A stretch of DNA of 20,699 bases from a virus (Duplodnaviria > Heunggongvirae > Uroviricota > Caudoviricetes). The stretch spans positions 1-20,699 of IMG/VR virus record IMGVR_UViG_2663763232_000003; one strand, written 5' to 3'. Below, one piece after another: positions 8,424-18,423 of this stretch. How positions within the stretch are numbered: position 1 is the stretch's first letter; each line of letters opens with the position of its first letter. A program made the position numbers and the translations under genes. Under the pieces are notes generated by a model, which was not told the DNA's origin, did not search any database, and saw only the letters and a list, made by a program, of their open reading frames with translations.

Positions 8424-9755
8424 TTACTGCCCCAAAGATGGAAGATATCCGTAGCGATTAATGAAGTCGATTGACAGCTCGGGGTGTTGCTTCAGGTAAT
8501 CTATAGAAGCCTGAGGCGCTTCCACTCGCTTGATACCGTTTTGCTGAACGTACTTACCAACCGCCTCATTACGCTTCTGGTTGAGCGTGTTCAGGATGAC
8601 GCCAGCGTTGCGACGAAAGGACTCCTCGCTCTGCGAGTTCTGCAGCGAACCAACAGCCTGGTCGAGCTTTTTGCCCTCGGCATCAGAAAGTGCGCCCATG
8701 CCTCGCATGGCCTGAACCGCTGTCAGGTATGCTTGGGATTTAAAGGTATCAAGTCGTGCCTGAGTGTCTGCAGCCTGTGAGCCTGGAACGTTGGGGATTA
8801 CTCCACGTAAGCCTGTAATGCTCTTAAGTGAAGGAGAACTAACGATATCGTTCAGAGTGAACATGCTGGTTGTGAGGGTGTTGATGCCGTCTTTGTAGCC
8901 ATCATTTAGCGCTTGCTGCTTCTGCTGCAACTGCTGGTTGTTGGCTGCTATGCGGCTCTGTATTTCCTGGCGCTTCAGGTCGTTAGTTTCTGCTGATAGC
9001 ATCCGGTCAAGGCGCTTATTTTCGTTGTTAATGCGGTTTGTTTCTGCGTCTAGATTAATGCGCTGCTGACCTAAATTCGCCTGGATATCTTGTCCGCGCA
9101 TTGTGATTGCCTGATTCCGAGCGGCGGTTTGCGAATCCAGATCCTGACCGCGCATGGTAACCTGGCGACCCTGCATTTTATCCTGTAGGTCAAAGTATTT
9201 TTCTGGCCCGAGACTGTTCATCCCCAGGTGATCGACAAATTCGCCGAACTGCCGCGGGTTCTGTTGGTACATCTGAGCGACGTCCTGAGGATTAACGCCA
9301 ACACGAGCTAACTCACCGGCGTTGTTTTGCAGCCATGATTGCATTGCTTCTGGAGACGATGACGCAAGGCGTGCGCCAGCCGCTAAGGTGCCGATAGAAT
9401 TACGCTGATCTTCATCAATGAATCCCATGCCTTTACGAACGGATTCAATCTGTTCTGGATATTGAGTAGCCAACTGACGCAAAGCACCGCGATCACCAGA
9501 CGCATAAGCATTAGCGTATGCCTGCTGAAATTCTTTCTGCCGCTGAGCCTGCTTTTCCTGCTGAAACACCCCCGCAATACCTGAAAGGCCTTGCAAAGCA
9601 GTCAGCCCAACATTGTTAGCGCCTGAACGCTCAATATCATTGTTCTGCCTGATAAGCTGAAGCGTATTGCCGATGTCATTTACGCTCGGAGCGTTTGAGT
9701 TGACGCCGCCGATACCAGCCAACAATCCGCCGTTTGTTCCTTGCCAAGTAGCCAT
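8424..9755 (-). CDS. gp20-like ejection (DNA-transfer) protein
   Basis: 443-aa ORF, Gln/Asn-rich and predicted helical, in the position and of the approximate size of P22 gene 20 (471 aa as I recall). Confidence 0.75.
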   Translation of the reverse strand: MATWQGTNGGLLAGIGGVNSNAPSVNDIGNTLQLIRQNNDIERSGANNVGLTALQGLSGIAGVFQQEKQAQRQKEFQQAYANAYASGDRGALRQLATQYPEQIESVRKGMGFIDEDQRNSIGTLAAGARLASSSPEAMQSWLQNNAGELARVGVNPQDVAQMYQQNPRQFGEFVDHLGMNSLGPEKYFDLQDKMQGRQVTMRGQDLDSQTAARNQAITMRGQDIQANLGQQRINLDAETNRINNENKRLDRMLSAETNDLKRQEIQSRIAANNQQLQQKQQALNDGYKDGINTLTTSMFTLNDIVSSPSLKSITGLRGVIPNVPGSQAADTQARLDTFKSQAYLTAVQAMRGMGALSDAEGKKLDQAVGSLQNSQSEESFRRNAGVILNTLNQKRNEAVGKYVQQNGIKRVEAPQASIDYLKQHPELSIDFINRYGYLPSLGQ

Positions 9756-9764
9756 GATTACCCC

Positions 9765-10457
9765 TTAAAACAACGAGCCAAGCAATCCGATACCAGCACC
9801 AATGCCAGCGCCCCAAGGCGTTGATGTTCCCAAAAGGCTGGCAAGACCTGCACCGGCAATCGCACCAGACGTGCCACCGCTAATTGCAATCTGAAGACTT
9901 GATGGTTTATTGGCATTAGCAGCGGCAAGTGCTGCGCTTTGCTGTGCAATGCTGCTCATGTTGTTGGCGTATGTCTGCCCAGCGTTTGCCTGACCTTGCA
10001 GCGCACCAAGCCCAACGTTTGCCAGATTGTTGTAATTGCTCATCTGATTTGATAACCAAGACTGACCGAGTGTCGGCGCGATCGTAGCCAGTTGATTGCT
10101 TGTGGCTGTCGAACCAAGTCCACCCGTCGCCTCCGCAGCAGCAAGACTCTGGTAACGAGCCTGACCTGCAAGGTCTTTATACTGCTGAGAGTTGTAATAC
10201 TGATTAAGTGCCTGCCCCTGACCTTCTAAACTGGAAAGGTTCTGAAGCTGGTTAACATACTGCTCCGCAAGCGGCGTGAACGGAGCAAGCTTTTTCATGA
10301 TCGTCTGCCACTGCTGATTTTGCAGGTCTGCGGCATACTTCTGAGCTTCTGCTGCATACTTTGCGCTTTTATCAGAGCTGCCACCTTTCCCGCCTTTTTC
10401 AGGGCAATAAGGTTCCTCGCCGCGCAGTTTTCTGCCCAGCTTAAATGCATATAACAT
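9765..10457 (-). CDS. gp7-like ejection protein
   Basis: 230-aa ORF (P22 gp7 is about 229 aa) with Gly/Ala-rich hydrophobic C-terminus ...GAGIGAGIGLLGSLF typical of this internal virion protein; syntenic position. Confidence 0.75.
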   Translation of the reverse strand: MLYAFKLGRKLRGEEPYCPEKGGKGGSSDKSAKYAAEAQKYAADLQNQQWQTIMKKLAPFTPLAEQYVNQLQNLSSLEGQGQALNQYYNSQQYKDLAGQARYQSLAAAEATGGLGSTATSNQLATIAPTLGQSWLSNQMSNYNNLANVGLGALQGQANAGQTYANNMSSIAQQSAALAAANANKPSSLQIAISGGTSGAIAGAGLASLLGTSTPWGAGIGAGIGLLGSLF

Positions 10458-10459
10458 GG

Positions 10460-10918
10460 CTATCTCCCGTGATTCAGGAAGTCGATTAGTTCTTCGCGTG
10501 TGGCGCTGTAAAACGTCACGTCATCCACGCCTTTGAAGTATTTCTTGATGGTTCCTACACGCTTAAGACCAATCATTGCGCAGTACATCTGCCCGTGGCG
10601 GAATTTGCGTGCAGCGAACGATGTTACGCACTGAACGGTGGTGTTAGTCAGAATGTATCGCCAGAACGCCAGCCCGATTTCCTTGCTGAATCCACGAACC
10701 TCTGGCAGGTACATGGCGTGGCAATCGAATGTCAGCGGCTGAATCTCCTGATAGTAAACAATGCCGCCGAACTGCCCGTGCACGTTCACCTCAAAGTAAC
10801 GGCATTCAGGCTTGTAGTCGTATCCATCACCATTGTTGCTTCCGGCAATAATGTCAGGGTGATTTCCGACTGCTTCGATCAGGTCGATATTTCGCGTTGG
10901 TTTGAACTGAATCATCAC
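10460..10918 (-). CDS. gp14-like protein (syntenic with P22 gene 14)
   Basis: 152-aa ORF between the needle and gp7 genes; 4-nt overlap with the upstream gene and 2-nt gap to the downstream gene. Identity is inferred from synteny only. Confidence 0.6.
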   Translation of the reverse strand: MMIQFKPTRNIDLIEAVGNHPDIIAGSNNGDGYDYKPECRYFEVNVHGQFGGIVYYQEIQPLTFDCHAMYLPEVRGFSKEIGLAFWRYILTNTTVQCVTSFAARKFRHGQMYCAMIGLKRVGTIKKYFKGVDDVTFYSATREELIDFLNHGR

Positions 10919-11868
10919 TGCTCCGCAATGATTTTGATGGTTGTGGCATTAAACGCCGCACCATTCGACTGAATGGTTAACGTACTGCCATTTGTGGCAA
11001 GAAAGCCGTCTTTATCCACGCTGAAGAACGTAGCTAACAGGATGTTGTCGGTTGTTGTCGCCGCATTACGACTGCTGACCAGCGTATCAGGAACAGAACC
11101 GGAGAATGTTATCTGCATTGACCTGTTGGCGGTTCCGCTGGGCCACGTCCCGACAATCGACAGCTTGAAGAACAGGGTTTTGTTTTCGTTGAACACAACC
11201 ATCTTGTTGTTAACAGTGTCGAAGAATGGTGCTAACGTGCCGGATGACGGCGTGAGCGTTTTTAGCAGGCTAACAAGGTTGGTCGGCGCTGTCGGGATGG
11301 TTACAGATACTCCTGAGTAAACAACCTCTGATTTCTTGCGCGTGATGGCATACTCAAGCGCAGATATTCTTGTTGAGTGATCACCAACTGTGCTTTGTAG
11401 CGTCGAAATACTTCCCTCTGCCGCTGTGAGCCTGGTATCAAGTGCGTCGATATCGGTTGTATTCTGAGTTATTCGCGCATCATGGTTTGCTAACTCAGAT
11501 TCATTGGCAGCAATTCGCGTCTCGTGATCAGCCAGCTCTGTTTCAGCAGCCGTAATCCTTGTTTCATGATCTGCAAGAGTGCTTTCCGCTGCTGCAATTC
11601 TATGTTCATGATTGACGAGAGTTTCTTCAGCAGCAGCAATTCTGGATTCATGGTCTTCAAGGGTGACATCCTGCTCATCATTCTTCACCTGTGCATCATA
11701 AGCCCCCTTCCCTGCTTCGTTGGCCTTGTTCGCCACGTTACCAACATCAGTGCCCTGTGCAATAACGTACAGCAGATATGACTGCGAGAAGATATTGCGT
11801 GGAAGGATTGATGTATCGAGCCACGTCGCCTGCACAATAACAGGGGTGTTGAGATTCGAATCAGCCAT
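10915..11868 (-). CDS. Tail needle protein (gp26-like) with extended C-terminal knob-like domain
   Basis: N-terminus [43 protein letters not shown]... is similar to P22 gp26; followed by a long trimeric coiled-coil repeat region ([10 protein letters not shown] / [10 protein letters not shown] / [10 protein letters not shown] / [10 protein letters not shown] / NHDARIT...). At 317 aa versus about 233 for P22 gp26, there is an extra C-terminal domain. Confidence 0.85.
   Translation of the reverse strand: MADSNLNTPVIVQATWLDTSILPRNIFSQSYLLYVIAQGTDVGNVANKANEAGKGAYDAQVKNDEQDVTLEDHESRIAAAEETLVNHEHRIAAAESTLADHETRITAAETELADHETRIAANESELANHDARITQNTTDIDALDTRLTAAEGSISTLQSTVGDHSTRISALEYAITRKKSEVVYSGVSVTIPTAPTNLVSLLKTLTPSSGTLAPFFDTVNNKMVVFNENKTLFFKLSIVGTWPSGTANRSMQITFSGSVPDTLVSSRNAATTTDNILLATFFSVDKDGFLATNGSTLTIQSNGAAFNATTIKIIAEQ
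11360..11660 (-). repeat. Tandem degenerate repeats encoding the tail-needle coiled coil
   Basis: DNA periodicity visible about 11470-11660 (for example ...tcatgatcagccagctc.../...tcatgatctgcaagagt.../...tcatgattgacgagagt...), matching the repeated peptide units (D/N)HExRI(A/T)A(A/N)E. Coordinates are approximate. Confidence 0.6.
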
Positions 11869-13286
11869 TACTCAATCCTTATCTGGCAGCCAGACAGAGT
11901 GACAGGTGACTTCGTGATAACGCGCAATTTGAAGCCGACATTTTTCCTGATTCGCCCGACACGCTTCCACAAAACGCGTTTGTCGTAAACGAACGGTTCA
12001 TTCTGCTCAATCATCTGCTCACGCCCGTAATTGATGCCGTCAGTGGTTGCAGAAAGGAACAAGCGGTCGGCGTACTGCGCAACGCCAGTTGACGATTCAA
12101 CCTCAAGATCAAAACATCTGGCGTTCTCAGCTTTGAACAACGGAGTAAACAACAGGTGTTCTTGCTGTAGCCCATACTGGCTGCTGATATCGAACTGCAA
12201 TTTCCCGGTCACGGATTCCAGCTTATCGCCGCACGTTATCTGATTGCCTTCGTAAATGAAGTCGATAGCGCGGTACACATCGTCATACAGGCCTGTTTTC
12301 AGTACACACCATTGCGGACCATTAGCACTTGAAGATGTGTCGTACGCGAGGACATGGCGCGGAAGATGGATAATCAGCAGCTCATGCGCATCAAATCGCA
12401 GAGACTCCATCACGCCATCAGCCAGTTCATCAGCAGTGTAGGAGCGGAGGATTTTCTCAATGCTCGCGCTGGCGATTGGTGACACCTGACCAGAGCCGAT
12501 GATGTATACAGACGGCGCACCCGTTGCCGGATTGCTGATAAACGCATAGGAATCAGCAAACGGCGTTTTGCAGTAAGTCCCGGCAATGCCTTTCTGCACC
12601 ATCAGCGATGGTTGTGCAACATACAAAGCGGCACCAACGGTGGTTGCCCCAGTCAGGGAAAAATATTCAATCGTCGATGAACCAAAGCAGACGATGAAGT
12701 CTCGCCATGTTCCGATTCCGATGATGCCGTCAGGCTGCGACTCGGCACGATATTGTGCGCTGTAACGGTCAGGGTGCGATTCGTCTTCAAGGTCAGTGAT
12801 AAACCATGAATCAGTACCGTCTTTTGACCACGCATAACGCCCACGCAAGCGCGTAATGTCGCGAACTGAACCTAACTCATACTGAGTGAATCCACTGTCT
12901 GTAGGCCAGTTTGAGACGGTTTTAACCGTACCATCATAGCGATACTCGACCAGTTGACCATTAACGCCTACCGCCTGTGATGTCCGACCATGCGCCATTG
13001 ATACGCGACCACTTCCGGCAACGTCACCGACTTTACTTTCGCCCTTATACAACTTGCCACCACACACGCGATAAACAGCACTCTGCGCCATGTTGTACTC
13101 GACGCCTCGCGATACGCCGTTCACATCAGAACGTTTGGCAATGCCCGGGAATGAGCGAAGATATCCGCTGCTGTTGAGGATTTCTTTGGGTGTAGCCAGC
13201 ATATTCACTGGAAGATAGTCGATATAGTCGGCGTTTCGAAAGTCTTTGCCGACACCTTTCATAAGCGGAAGTTGCTGAATCGGCAT
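11868..13286 (-). CDS. gp10-like tail hub protein
   Basis: 472-aa ORF, the same length as P22 gp10 and in the syntenic position (gp4 - gp10 - gp26). Its stop overlaps the needle gene start (TAATG). Confidence 0.8.
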   Translation of the reverse strand: MPIQQLPLMKGVGKDFRNADYIDYLPVNMLATPKEILNSSGYLRSFPGIAKRSDVNGVSRGVEYNMAQSAVYRVCGGKLYKGESKVGDVAGSGRVSMAHGRTSQAVGVNGQLVEYRYDGTVKTVSNWPTDSGFTQYELGSVRDITRLRGRYAWSKDGTDSWFITDLEDESHPDRYSAQYRAESQPDGIIGIGTWRDFIVCFGSSTIEYFSLTGATTVGAALYVAQPSLMVQKGIAGTYCKTPFADSYAFISNPATGAPSVYIIGSGQVSPIASASIEKILRSYTADELADGVMESLRFDAHELLIIHLPRHVLAYDTSSSANGPQWCVLKTGLYDDVYRAIDFIYEGNQITCGDKLESVTGKLQFDISSQYGLQQEHLLFTPLFKAENARCFDLEVESSTGVAQYADRLFLSATTDGINYGREQMIEQNEPFVYDKRVLWKRVGRIRKNVGFKLRVITKSPVTLSGCQIRIE

Positions 13287-13295
13287 TTATTCACC

Positions 13296-13757
13296 TCACG
13301 TACTCGGATCATCTTTCTCGATGTAAAACCGATTCCACGTAAACGCGCTTTTGTTACCACTACCGCGAGGCATGTCATTTCGCCGCTCAAGTGGTGGTAT
13401 TTTGGTTAAAGCGATGCAGATTGTCTGATATGCGCTGTCAGCAGCGGTAAGGAGAGCATCTGACGGCTGAATGACGTTATCCATGCACACTTGCACAGCG
13501 AGTTTCAAAGCGACGCCATCATTTGCCCATGCAGGGATACCTGAATCATCGTCAGGTAACGGCATGATGCCGTTTTCTGTATCAGCAAACTGATATCCAA
13601 GCTCGATACCTTTCGCCTGCCATGCTGCCATCATGTCTTCGAGATCATTAATGGCATCTTCTATTGCCTGAGGGTCGGCATCTGTCAACGTGGCATTGGA
13701 ATACAGCCCGGCTTTTCGTAAAGCCTTAAGAACGAGATCACCCTTCGTTTTCGCCAT
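13296..13757 (-). CDS. gp4-like head-to-tail adaptor protein
   Basis: 153-aa ORF; N-terminus MAKTKGDLVLKALRKAGLYSNATLTDADPQAIEDAINDLEDMMAAW resembles P22 gp4 as I recall it, and the protein ends with a PRGSGN segment. AAGGCGGAAG ribosome-binding site upstream. Confidence 0.8.
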   Translation of the reverse strand: MAKTKGDLVLKALRKAGLYSNATLTDADPQAIEDAINDLEDMMAAWQAKGIELGYQFADTENGIMPLPDDDSGIPAWANDGVALKLAVQVCMDNVIQPSDALLTAADSAYQTICIALTKIPPLERRNDMPRGSGNKSAFTWNRFYIEKDDPST

Positions 13758-13926
13758 CTTCTTCCGCCTTAGCCACTTTATGCTTCGTTGCGGTTTCTTC
13801 AGGAGTTTTTACCCAGCCTTTTTTCAGGTGAGATTTAACTTCTTCGTCATCAACAATGATGTAATCGACAGCAAACTGACCACAGGTGATCATGTTGCCA
13901 GGCTTATAGAGCATTGTTCGTGCCAT
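13738..13926 (-). CDS. Small hypothetical protein between coat and gp4 genes
   Basis: The ORF track gives 74 aa from 13962. I call the internal ATG at 13926 (MARTMLYKPG..., 62 aa), which has a GGAGAAG ribosome-binding site and lies downstream of the coat terminator hairpin. A small ORF occupies this position in Sf6-like genomes. Overlaps the gp4 start by 20 nt. Confidence 0.55.
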   Translation of the reverse strand: MARTMLYKPGNMITCGQFAVDYIIVDDEEVKSHLKKGWVKTPEETATKHKVAKAEEDGENEG

Positions 13927-13936
13927 TGTCTTCTCC

Positions 13937-13962
13937 AAATAAAAATGGGGCCGAAGCCCCAC
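13937..13962 (-). terminator. Intrinsic terminator immediately after the coat gene
   Basis: Minus-strand reading: perfect hairpin TGGGGC-TTCG-GCCCCA followed by TTTTTATTT, starting a few nt after the coat stop codon (complement of 13968-13970). Confidence 0.7.
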
Positions 13963-13967
13963 AAAAA

Positions 13968-15221
13968 TTACTGCCCGGCAATAACGATGCCCGTATATTC
14001 AGGAACAAGTACAGAGCAACCGTACAGGGTGGTGAAACGCGCAGTGGTTACACCTTTGATGTGGTCGAAGGCGTAAGACATGATCAGCGTAGCGCCCTGC
14101 TCGGTGGTTGCTGTCATTACCTGTGGACCCTGACCAGTCGGGAACGCCAGTTTGCCGTACATCAGTTCAACAGAACCATCAGCCCAGAACAGGTTAGCCG
14201 GTGCGGCATTTTTGTTGAGAATGGTGATTGCTGCGCTACTTGCCGCATTAGCATCAACGTTTGCATATGGACGGCTGGCGACATCCGCGTTGTCAGGCGG
14301 CAGAATTTTCGGGGATATAGTTACTGTCGTTCCGCTAACTGCCAGAACGCGGAATACCTGCGGCTGCCCAGTGGTATCTTTGGTGATCTGGTGTACGGAA
14401 TTCACCCCTGCGATGGTAAACGCATCGCCAACCTGCAAACCTTCAGCAGATACCGTAATGGTCCCCTGTCGGTTATCCACTGGCATATCGTTAGCATCTT
14501 TCGCTTCAACCTTGTGCGCAGGTGCTGCTGCCAGCGTAATGGAAGTTGCTGTACCCTTCGGAACACGACCGGAAATATCGGTCTTGTAGCTATCGAAGGA
14601 CGCAACCGGAGGGATCTGCGCTTTTTCGTATGCTGTCAGGGTTGCGCCCTGAGCATAAGCACGGTGACCAAGCTCGCCAGCAAGGTCTTTATAGTTGAAG
14701 GGATTCCAGAAAGAGCGGCGGTTGATACCCTGTGGTACACCAATCGCCGTCATGGTGGCATCAATACCTGCCGCACAGTTCCACAAATCACGGCCCTGTG
14801 AACCAGTGGTTGAGTCAGCCATTGTGATCACGTTAGTAGCACGCTGCGTGACCATGGAAATCAGGTCAGAGTCAATCTGTGCAGCAAGGCGCATACCTGC
14901 GGCGCGACCAGCTTCAGTTTTATGCTCAGGGTCACGCATTTCACGCGCATCCAGAGTGTACAGAATGTTTTTCGGCTCCTTGAACACAGAAGGAACAAGG
15001 CGCTGAACCAGTGCTGTTGGCGTTTTGCCGCTGAGATCTAGGCCTTCCTCAATGTTCATGTGGTAATGCTGCGGACGATACAGAACATCACCTGCTCGCT
15101 GCATTGCTGTATCACCGGGACGGAATTTTTTAGCGTTACGGGAAACTACGCAGGCGGCCTCAAAGCCTTCAACGTAGTTTTCGAACATGATTTCAAGGTC
15201 TTTTGCTAATTGGTTAGCCAT
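13968..15221 (-). CDS. Major capsid (coat) protein, P22/Sf6 family
   Basis: 417-aa ORF with blockwise similarity to P22 gp5 (for example ...AYANVDANAASSAAITILNKNAAPANLFWADGSVEL... against the P22 ...[36 protein letters not shown]... block). GGAG ribosome-binding site. Downstream of the scaffold gene as expected. Confidence 0.88.
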   Translation of the reverse strand: MANQLAKDLEIMFENYVEGFEAACVVSRNAKKFRPGDTAMQRAGDVLYRPQHYHMNIEEGLDLSGKTPTALVQRLVPSVFKEPKNILYTLDAREMRDPEHKTEAGRAAGMRLAAQIDSDLISMVTQRATNVITMADSTTGSQGRDLWNCAAGIDATMTAIGVPQGINRRSFWNPFNYKDLAGELGHRAYAQGATLTAYEKAQIPPVASFDSYKTDISGRVPKGTATSITLAAAPAHKVEAKDANDMPVDNRQGTITVSAEGLQVGDAFTIAGVNSVHQITKDTTGQPQVFRVLAVSGTTVTISPKILPPDNADVASRPYANVDANAASSAAITILNKNAAPANLFWADGSVELMYGKLAFPTGQGPQVMTATTEQGATLIMSYAFDHIKGVTTARFTTLYGCSVLVPEYTGIVIAGQ

Positions 15222-15239
15222 GCTTAATGCTCCGATAGG

Positions 15240-16133
15240 TTATTTTTTTGCCTTTTTAGCGGCGAAATACGGCGTCCAGTCACCAGTTTCCAGCGCCTTG
15301 GCTTTCAGTTTGTCGAGGTTATTGATTACTGCGCCGTTGCTCCCCTTAACTGTCGGGGTTGTGGCTGCCGTGGTTTTTGCTTTTGGCATGATTCTGGCCT
15401 TCGATTCGATACGTTCCAGCAGACGACCAATTGCTACGGGGTTGGTAGCTTCTGCCAGTTGCTTGCGCAGTTCAGCGTTGCGACCGAGCGCCAGAACAAC
15501 GATTTCCGGCTTCTCTGACTCAAACAGGATCGCGTTTTGTGTCTCGATGGGAATTTCCTCGAGTACGGCCTGCTCAGCTTCCTGATAGCCAGGAACTTTG
15601 AGAGCCTTAACACGTTGCTGATATTTGGATAATCGCTCTTGATAGGCAGCCTGAAGCTCCTGCTCCTTCTGCTTGCGAGCCATCTCCTGTTGCTGGTACT
15701 TGCCGTTATCCTCTGCCCACTTAGCCATGCGTTGCTGGTAGATTTCTTCATCGAAACCGATGTCCTCATCATCCAGTTTTGGCATTCGCGGTGGTTGAGT
15801 GATTACCGGCTGCTGCTCGACGGGTTTCTGAGACTGACGCATCAGCTCTTTCAGCTCACGGTCTTTCTCTTTAATCGTCTTGCGCAGGTGTTTTACCAGT
15901 CCATGCTCTGCGCCATCTTCGCTGGTTGGCGAATCCAGCTTTTCGTCACCAAAGTAGAATTCCTGTTCTGATTCGTCGGCATCAGTTTCAGTATCTTCCT
16001 CTACATCATTGCCGGAGGACTCACTGCCATCTTCTGTTTCGACTTCTTCAGCCAGTTCGACATCATCAGGAATCTGCTCTGACGCGTCGGTTTCGATTTC
16101 AACTTCTGGTGTGTTTTCTGCCATCTGGTCCAT
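15240..16133 (-). CDS. Scaffolding protein
   Basis: 297-aa ORF, very acidic N-terminus (D/E-rich), central charged helical region, basic C-terminus; located between portal and coat as P22 gp8 is (303 aa). AGGGG ribosome-binding site. Confidence 0.8.
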   Translation of the reverse strand: MDQMAENTPEVEIETDASEQIPDDVELAEEVETEDGSESSGNDVEEDTETDADESEQEFYFGDEKLDSPTSEDGAEHGLVKHLRKTIKEKDRELKELMRQSQKPVEQQPVITQPPRMPKLDDEDIGFDEEIYQQRMAKWAEDNGKYQQQEMARKQKEQELQAAYQERLSKYQQRVKALKVPGYQEAEQAVLEEIPIETQNAILFESEKPEIVVLALGRNAELRKQLAEATNPVAIGRLLERIESKARIMPKAKTTAATTPTVKGSNGAVINNLDKLKAKALETGDWTPYFAAKKAKK

Positions 16134-16223
16134 TTGTTACCCCTGTTTACTCGATGTTCAGCCCATCGGAAGGCAATAGGGTGCCAGGCCTCATAAAGAC
16201 AGCCATTGCACGTTATGGGTTAA

Positions 16224-18422
16224 TTACTGCTGTGGTTGTTGCTGAGTTGATTTTTGCAGGATGCTGCTGATGTCCATGCGCTGCGCATGACCCTGTGTCT
16301 GACTTTTCAGGACAAGCTCTGCATCAGCACGGGCATTGTCTCCTTGCTGTTGCTGGAACTGTCCGAGCAGTTTCAGAGCCTCGCGGATATCAGATTTCTG
16401 CTGACTATCGGCAGATGCGAGTATTTTCACAACATTTGCCGCTGCAACCTGAGCATCAGTCTGTGCCTGGAATGCTTTAACCTGAATGGCTGCCTGTTCG
16501 TTCTGCGCTTTCTGCAATTCAGCCTGACCAGCAAGAAGCTGACCTTGCGCAGCAACCATAGCCGGATCTGGCTGACTGGCCTGTTGTTGTTTCGCCTGCT
16601 CAACCATCTTCTGTTCTTCTGGTGTTCTCGGCTTGATAACTCCAGACAGAAGCAACTGATTGCGGTTGTATTCTTTAAGGTCGTCCATCCCTTCGCCGTC
16701 CATATTGTCGAGAATCATCGACGATACAAGGTCGTGCTTCGGCGTTCCTGGTGGGATAAGTGCCAGCATGGAAAGTAACGACTTAACCGTTGCATCACGG
16801 CGAGTAGCGAACGACTGACCAACATCGACAGTCACTTCATAGTTACCCTGCGAAAGGTCGTTAAGCGCGATAACCTGCCCTGTCTGACGGTCAACCACTT
16901 CACCAGTCATCAGCGCCACGTCATCGCTGCCGTCCTCATTAACGATACGCATCGGCGTATCACTGCCATAGACCTCACGCGCCATAGAAAGCCACACAAC
17001 GCCAGCGCGGCGCATGGATTTAGCCATGTTGTCCATGTAGATATAGGACTGCGTGTCCATCCGGTTAAAAATGCTATCAACGGTATCGGTGGCGACGTTG
17101 CTCGGCATGTTCTCAAGCTGCGACGCACCTGTAATTTGCTGAATAGCCGTTCCGGTGTACTGCAATAGCCCGGCAAGAGCAGGAGGCATTTGTGTCGGAG
17201 GTGTCCAGCCAGCAACCTGAGCCTCTGAAATGACCGTTCCGTTTTTGTCCTTCTTGCTGGTCATGGGAAGAACTGCAGGCCTTTTCTTATTTCTCTCTGC
17301 CCAGTGATTCATTAATGGACCGGGAATGAAATCAACATCCACGATAGGAATGCCATCACCGCCAGCCTGAGTAGCGTTATCTGCAATCATGGAAACCATC
17401 AGGTTCTCAAGACGCTGTGCATCCATCGCTTTTGCTGCGTGGCCTTCGATTCGCTCCTGATTATCAACAAATGAGCGACGCCCATATACCGGGATGAGAG
17501 GAATATGTTCGCCCGGAATACGCTTCGGTTCTTCCAGCCATTCAGCGCCAGACAGAAGACCGCAATAAACTCTGCGTTTCTTCACTGTCCGCTCACCAAT
17601 CAGTTCGAATGCGCCATCGGTCAGCTCGTCGACAATATCTTTGATTTGCTCTTCATCATAGATTGCCGTTTCTCCGCTAACAGGGTTGCGCCATGCCGTG
17701 AGCTTCACCTTCTCTATGCGAACTTCGTAGTAGCGACCAACATAGATGGCGTCAGGAGTTGACCAGTCATATTGAGTGCCAGTGTCATCACGAGAAAGGC
17801 TTGCCGCGATGGAATCAGGGTATTCAGCCTCGAACGCTTTAGGCGTCATGGAGAACATTTCCATAGCCCACATAGCATCAGAGCGGTCATATTGCTTGCT
17901 GTCCTGATCAAAGAAGACGCATGTCGCTGGGTCGTAAACAGGGAGAAGGCTTATACGGCGTTGCTCGTTACTCGGATCCATTTCATCTTCGTAATCGGCA
18001 CACATGCGGAAACAACCGAATCCGCCCGTTACGGCATCATCAAATGCGTTATCACACGCTTCGCCACCGGATGTTTCCTGATAGTCAGCGCGGAATTTGC
18101 CGTTCATCTTTTCGGCCAACGCTTCCGATGCCTTATCGTCCTTCGGCCTGAATTTAACGCTGATGCGATTCTGTCGATACTCGCCAATGATGCGATCACA
18201 TTCACGGGCAATCTTATTCAGTTCAAAGCGCGGGTAATGCTCAAACCTGCCTTCATCAAATGAGTAACCAGCGTTTGTGCTGCCTTCCCACTGTGCGCCG
18301 GACACCCGGACGAAACGTTGAGCCTCAATAATCTGCTCACGCATATCCTGCGTTGCTGACCAGGCATTATCAAAGTTGCACAGCACCTTGCGATGCCAGT
18401 CAGTCATCTTTTTTTCTGCCAT
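16224..18422 (-). CDS. Portal protein
   Basis: 732-aa ORF (P22 gp1 is 725 aa). The long C-terminal helical Gln-rich barrel segment (...PEEQKMVEQAKQQQASQPDPAMVAAQGQLLAGQAELQKAQNEQ...RMDISSILQKSTQQQPQQ) parallels the P22 portal C-terminus. Lies directly after TerL. Confidence 0.9.
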   Translation of the reverse strand: MAEKKMTDWHRKVLCNFDNAWSATQDMREQIIEAQRFVRVSGAQWEGSTNAGYSFDEGRFEHYPRFELNKIARECDRIIGEYRQNRISVKFRPKDDKASEALAEKMNGKFRADYQETSGGEACDNAFDDAVTGGFGCFRMCADYEDEMDPSNEQRRISLLPVYDPATCVFFDQDSKQYDRSDAMWAMEMFSMTPKAFEAEYPDSIAASLSRDDTGTQYDWSTPDAIYVGRYYEVRIEKVKLTAWRNPVSGETAIYDEEQIKDIVDELTDGAFELIGERTVKKRRVYCGLLSGAEWLEEPKRIPGEHIPLIPVYGRRSFVDNQERIEGHAAKAMDAQRLENLMVSMIADNATQAGGDGIPIVDVDFIPGPLMNHWAERNKKRPAVLPMTSKKDKNGTVISEAQVAGWTPPTQMPPALAGLLQYTGTAIQQITGASQLENMPSNVATDTVDSIFNRMDTQSYIYMDNMAKSMRRAGVVWLSMAREVYGSDTPMRIVNEDGSDDVALMTGEVVDRQTGQVIALNDLSQGNYEVTVDVGQSFATRRDATVKSLLSMLALIPPGTPKHDLVSSMILDNMDGEGMDDLKEYNRNQLLLSGVIKPRTPEEQKMVEQAKQQQASQPDPAMVAAQGQLLAGQAELQKAQNEQAAIQVKAFQAQTDAQVAAANVVKILASADSQQKSDIREALKLLGQFQQQQGDNARADAELVLKSQTQGHAQRMDISSILQKSTQQQPQQ

Positions 18423-18423
18423 A

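Noticed and set aside
13914-14801. 295-aa plus-strand ORF antisense to the coat gene
   Set aside because: Lies entirely inside the well-supported coat gene on the opposite strand; the translation is Cys/Arg/Trp-rich with no recognisable motifs and no ribosome-binding site. Typical antisense artefact.
16254-16778. 174-aa plus-strand ORF antisense to the portal gene
   Set aside because: Embedded in the portal coding region on the opposite strand, low-complexity Leu/Cys-rich translation. The same judgement applies to the other plus-strand ORFs inside the late operon (for example 17772-18263, 19237-19518, 10973-11320, 8049-8402).
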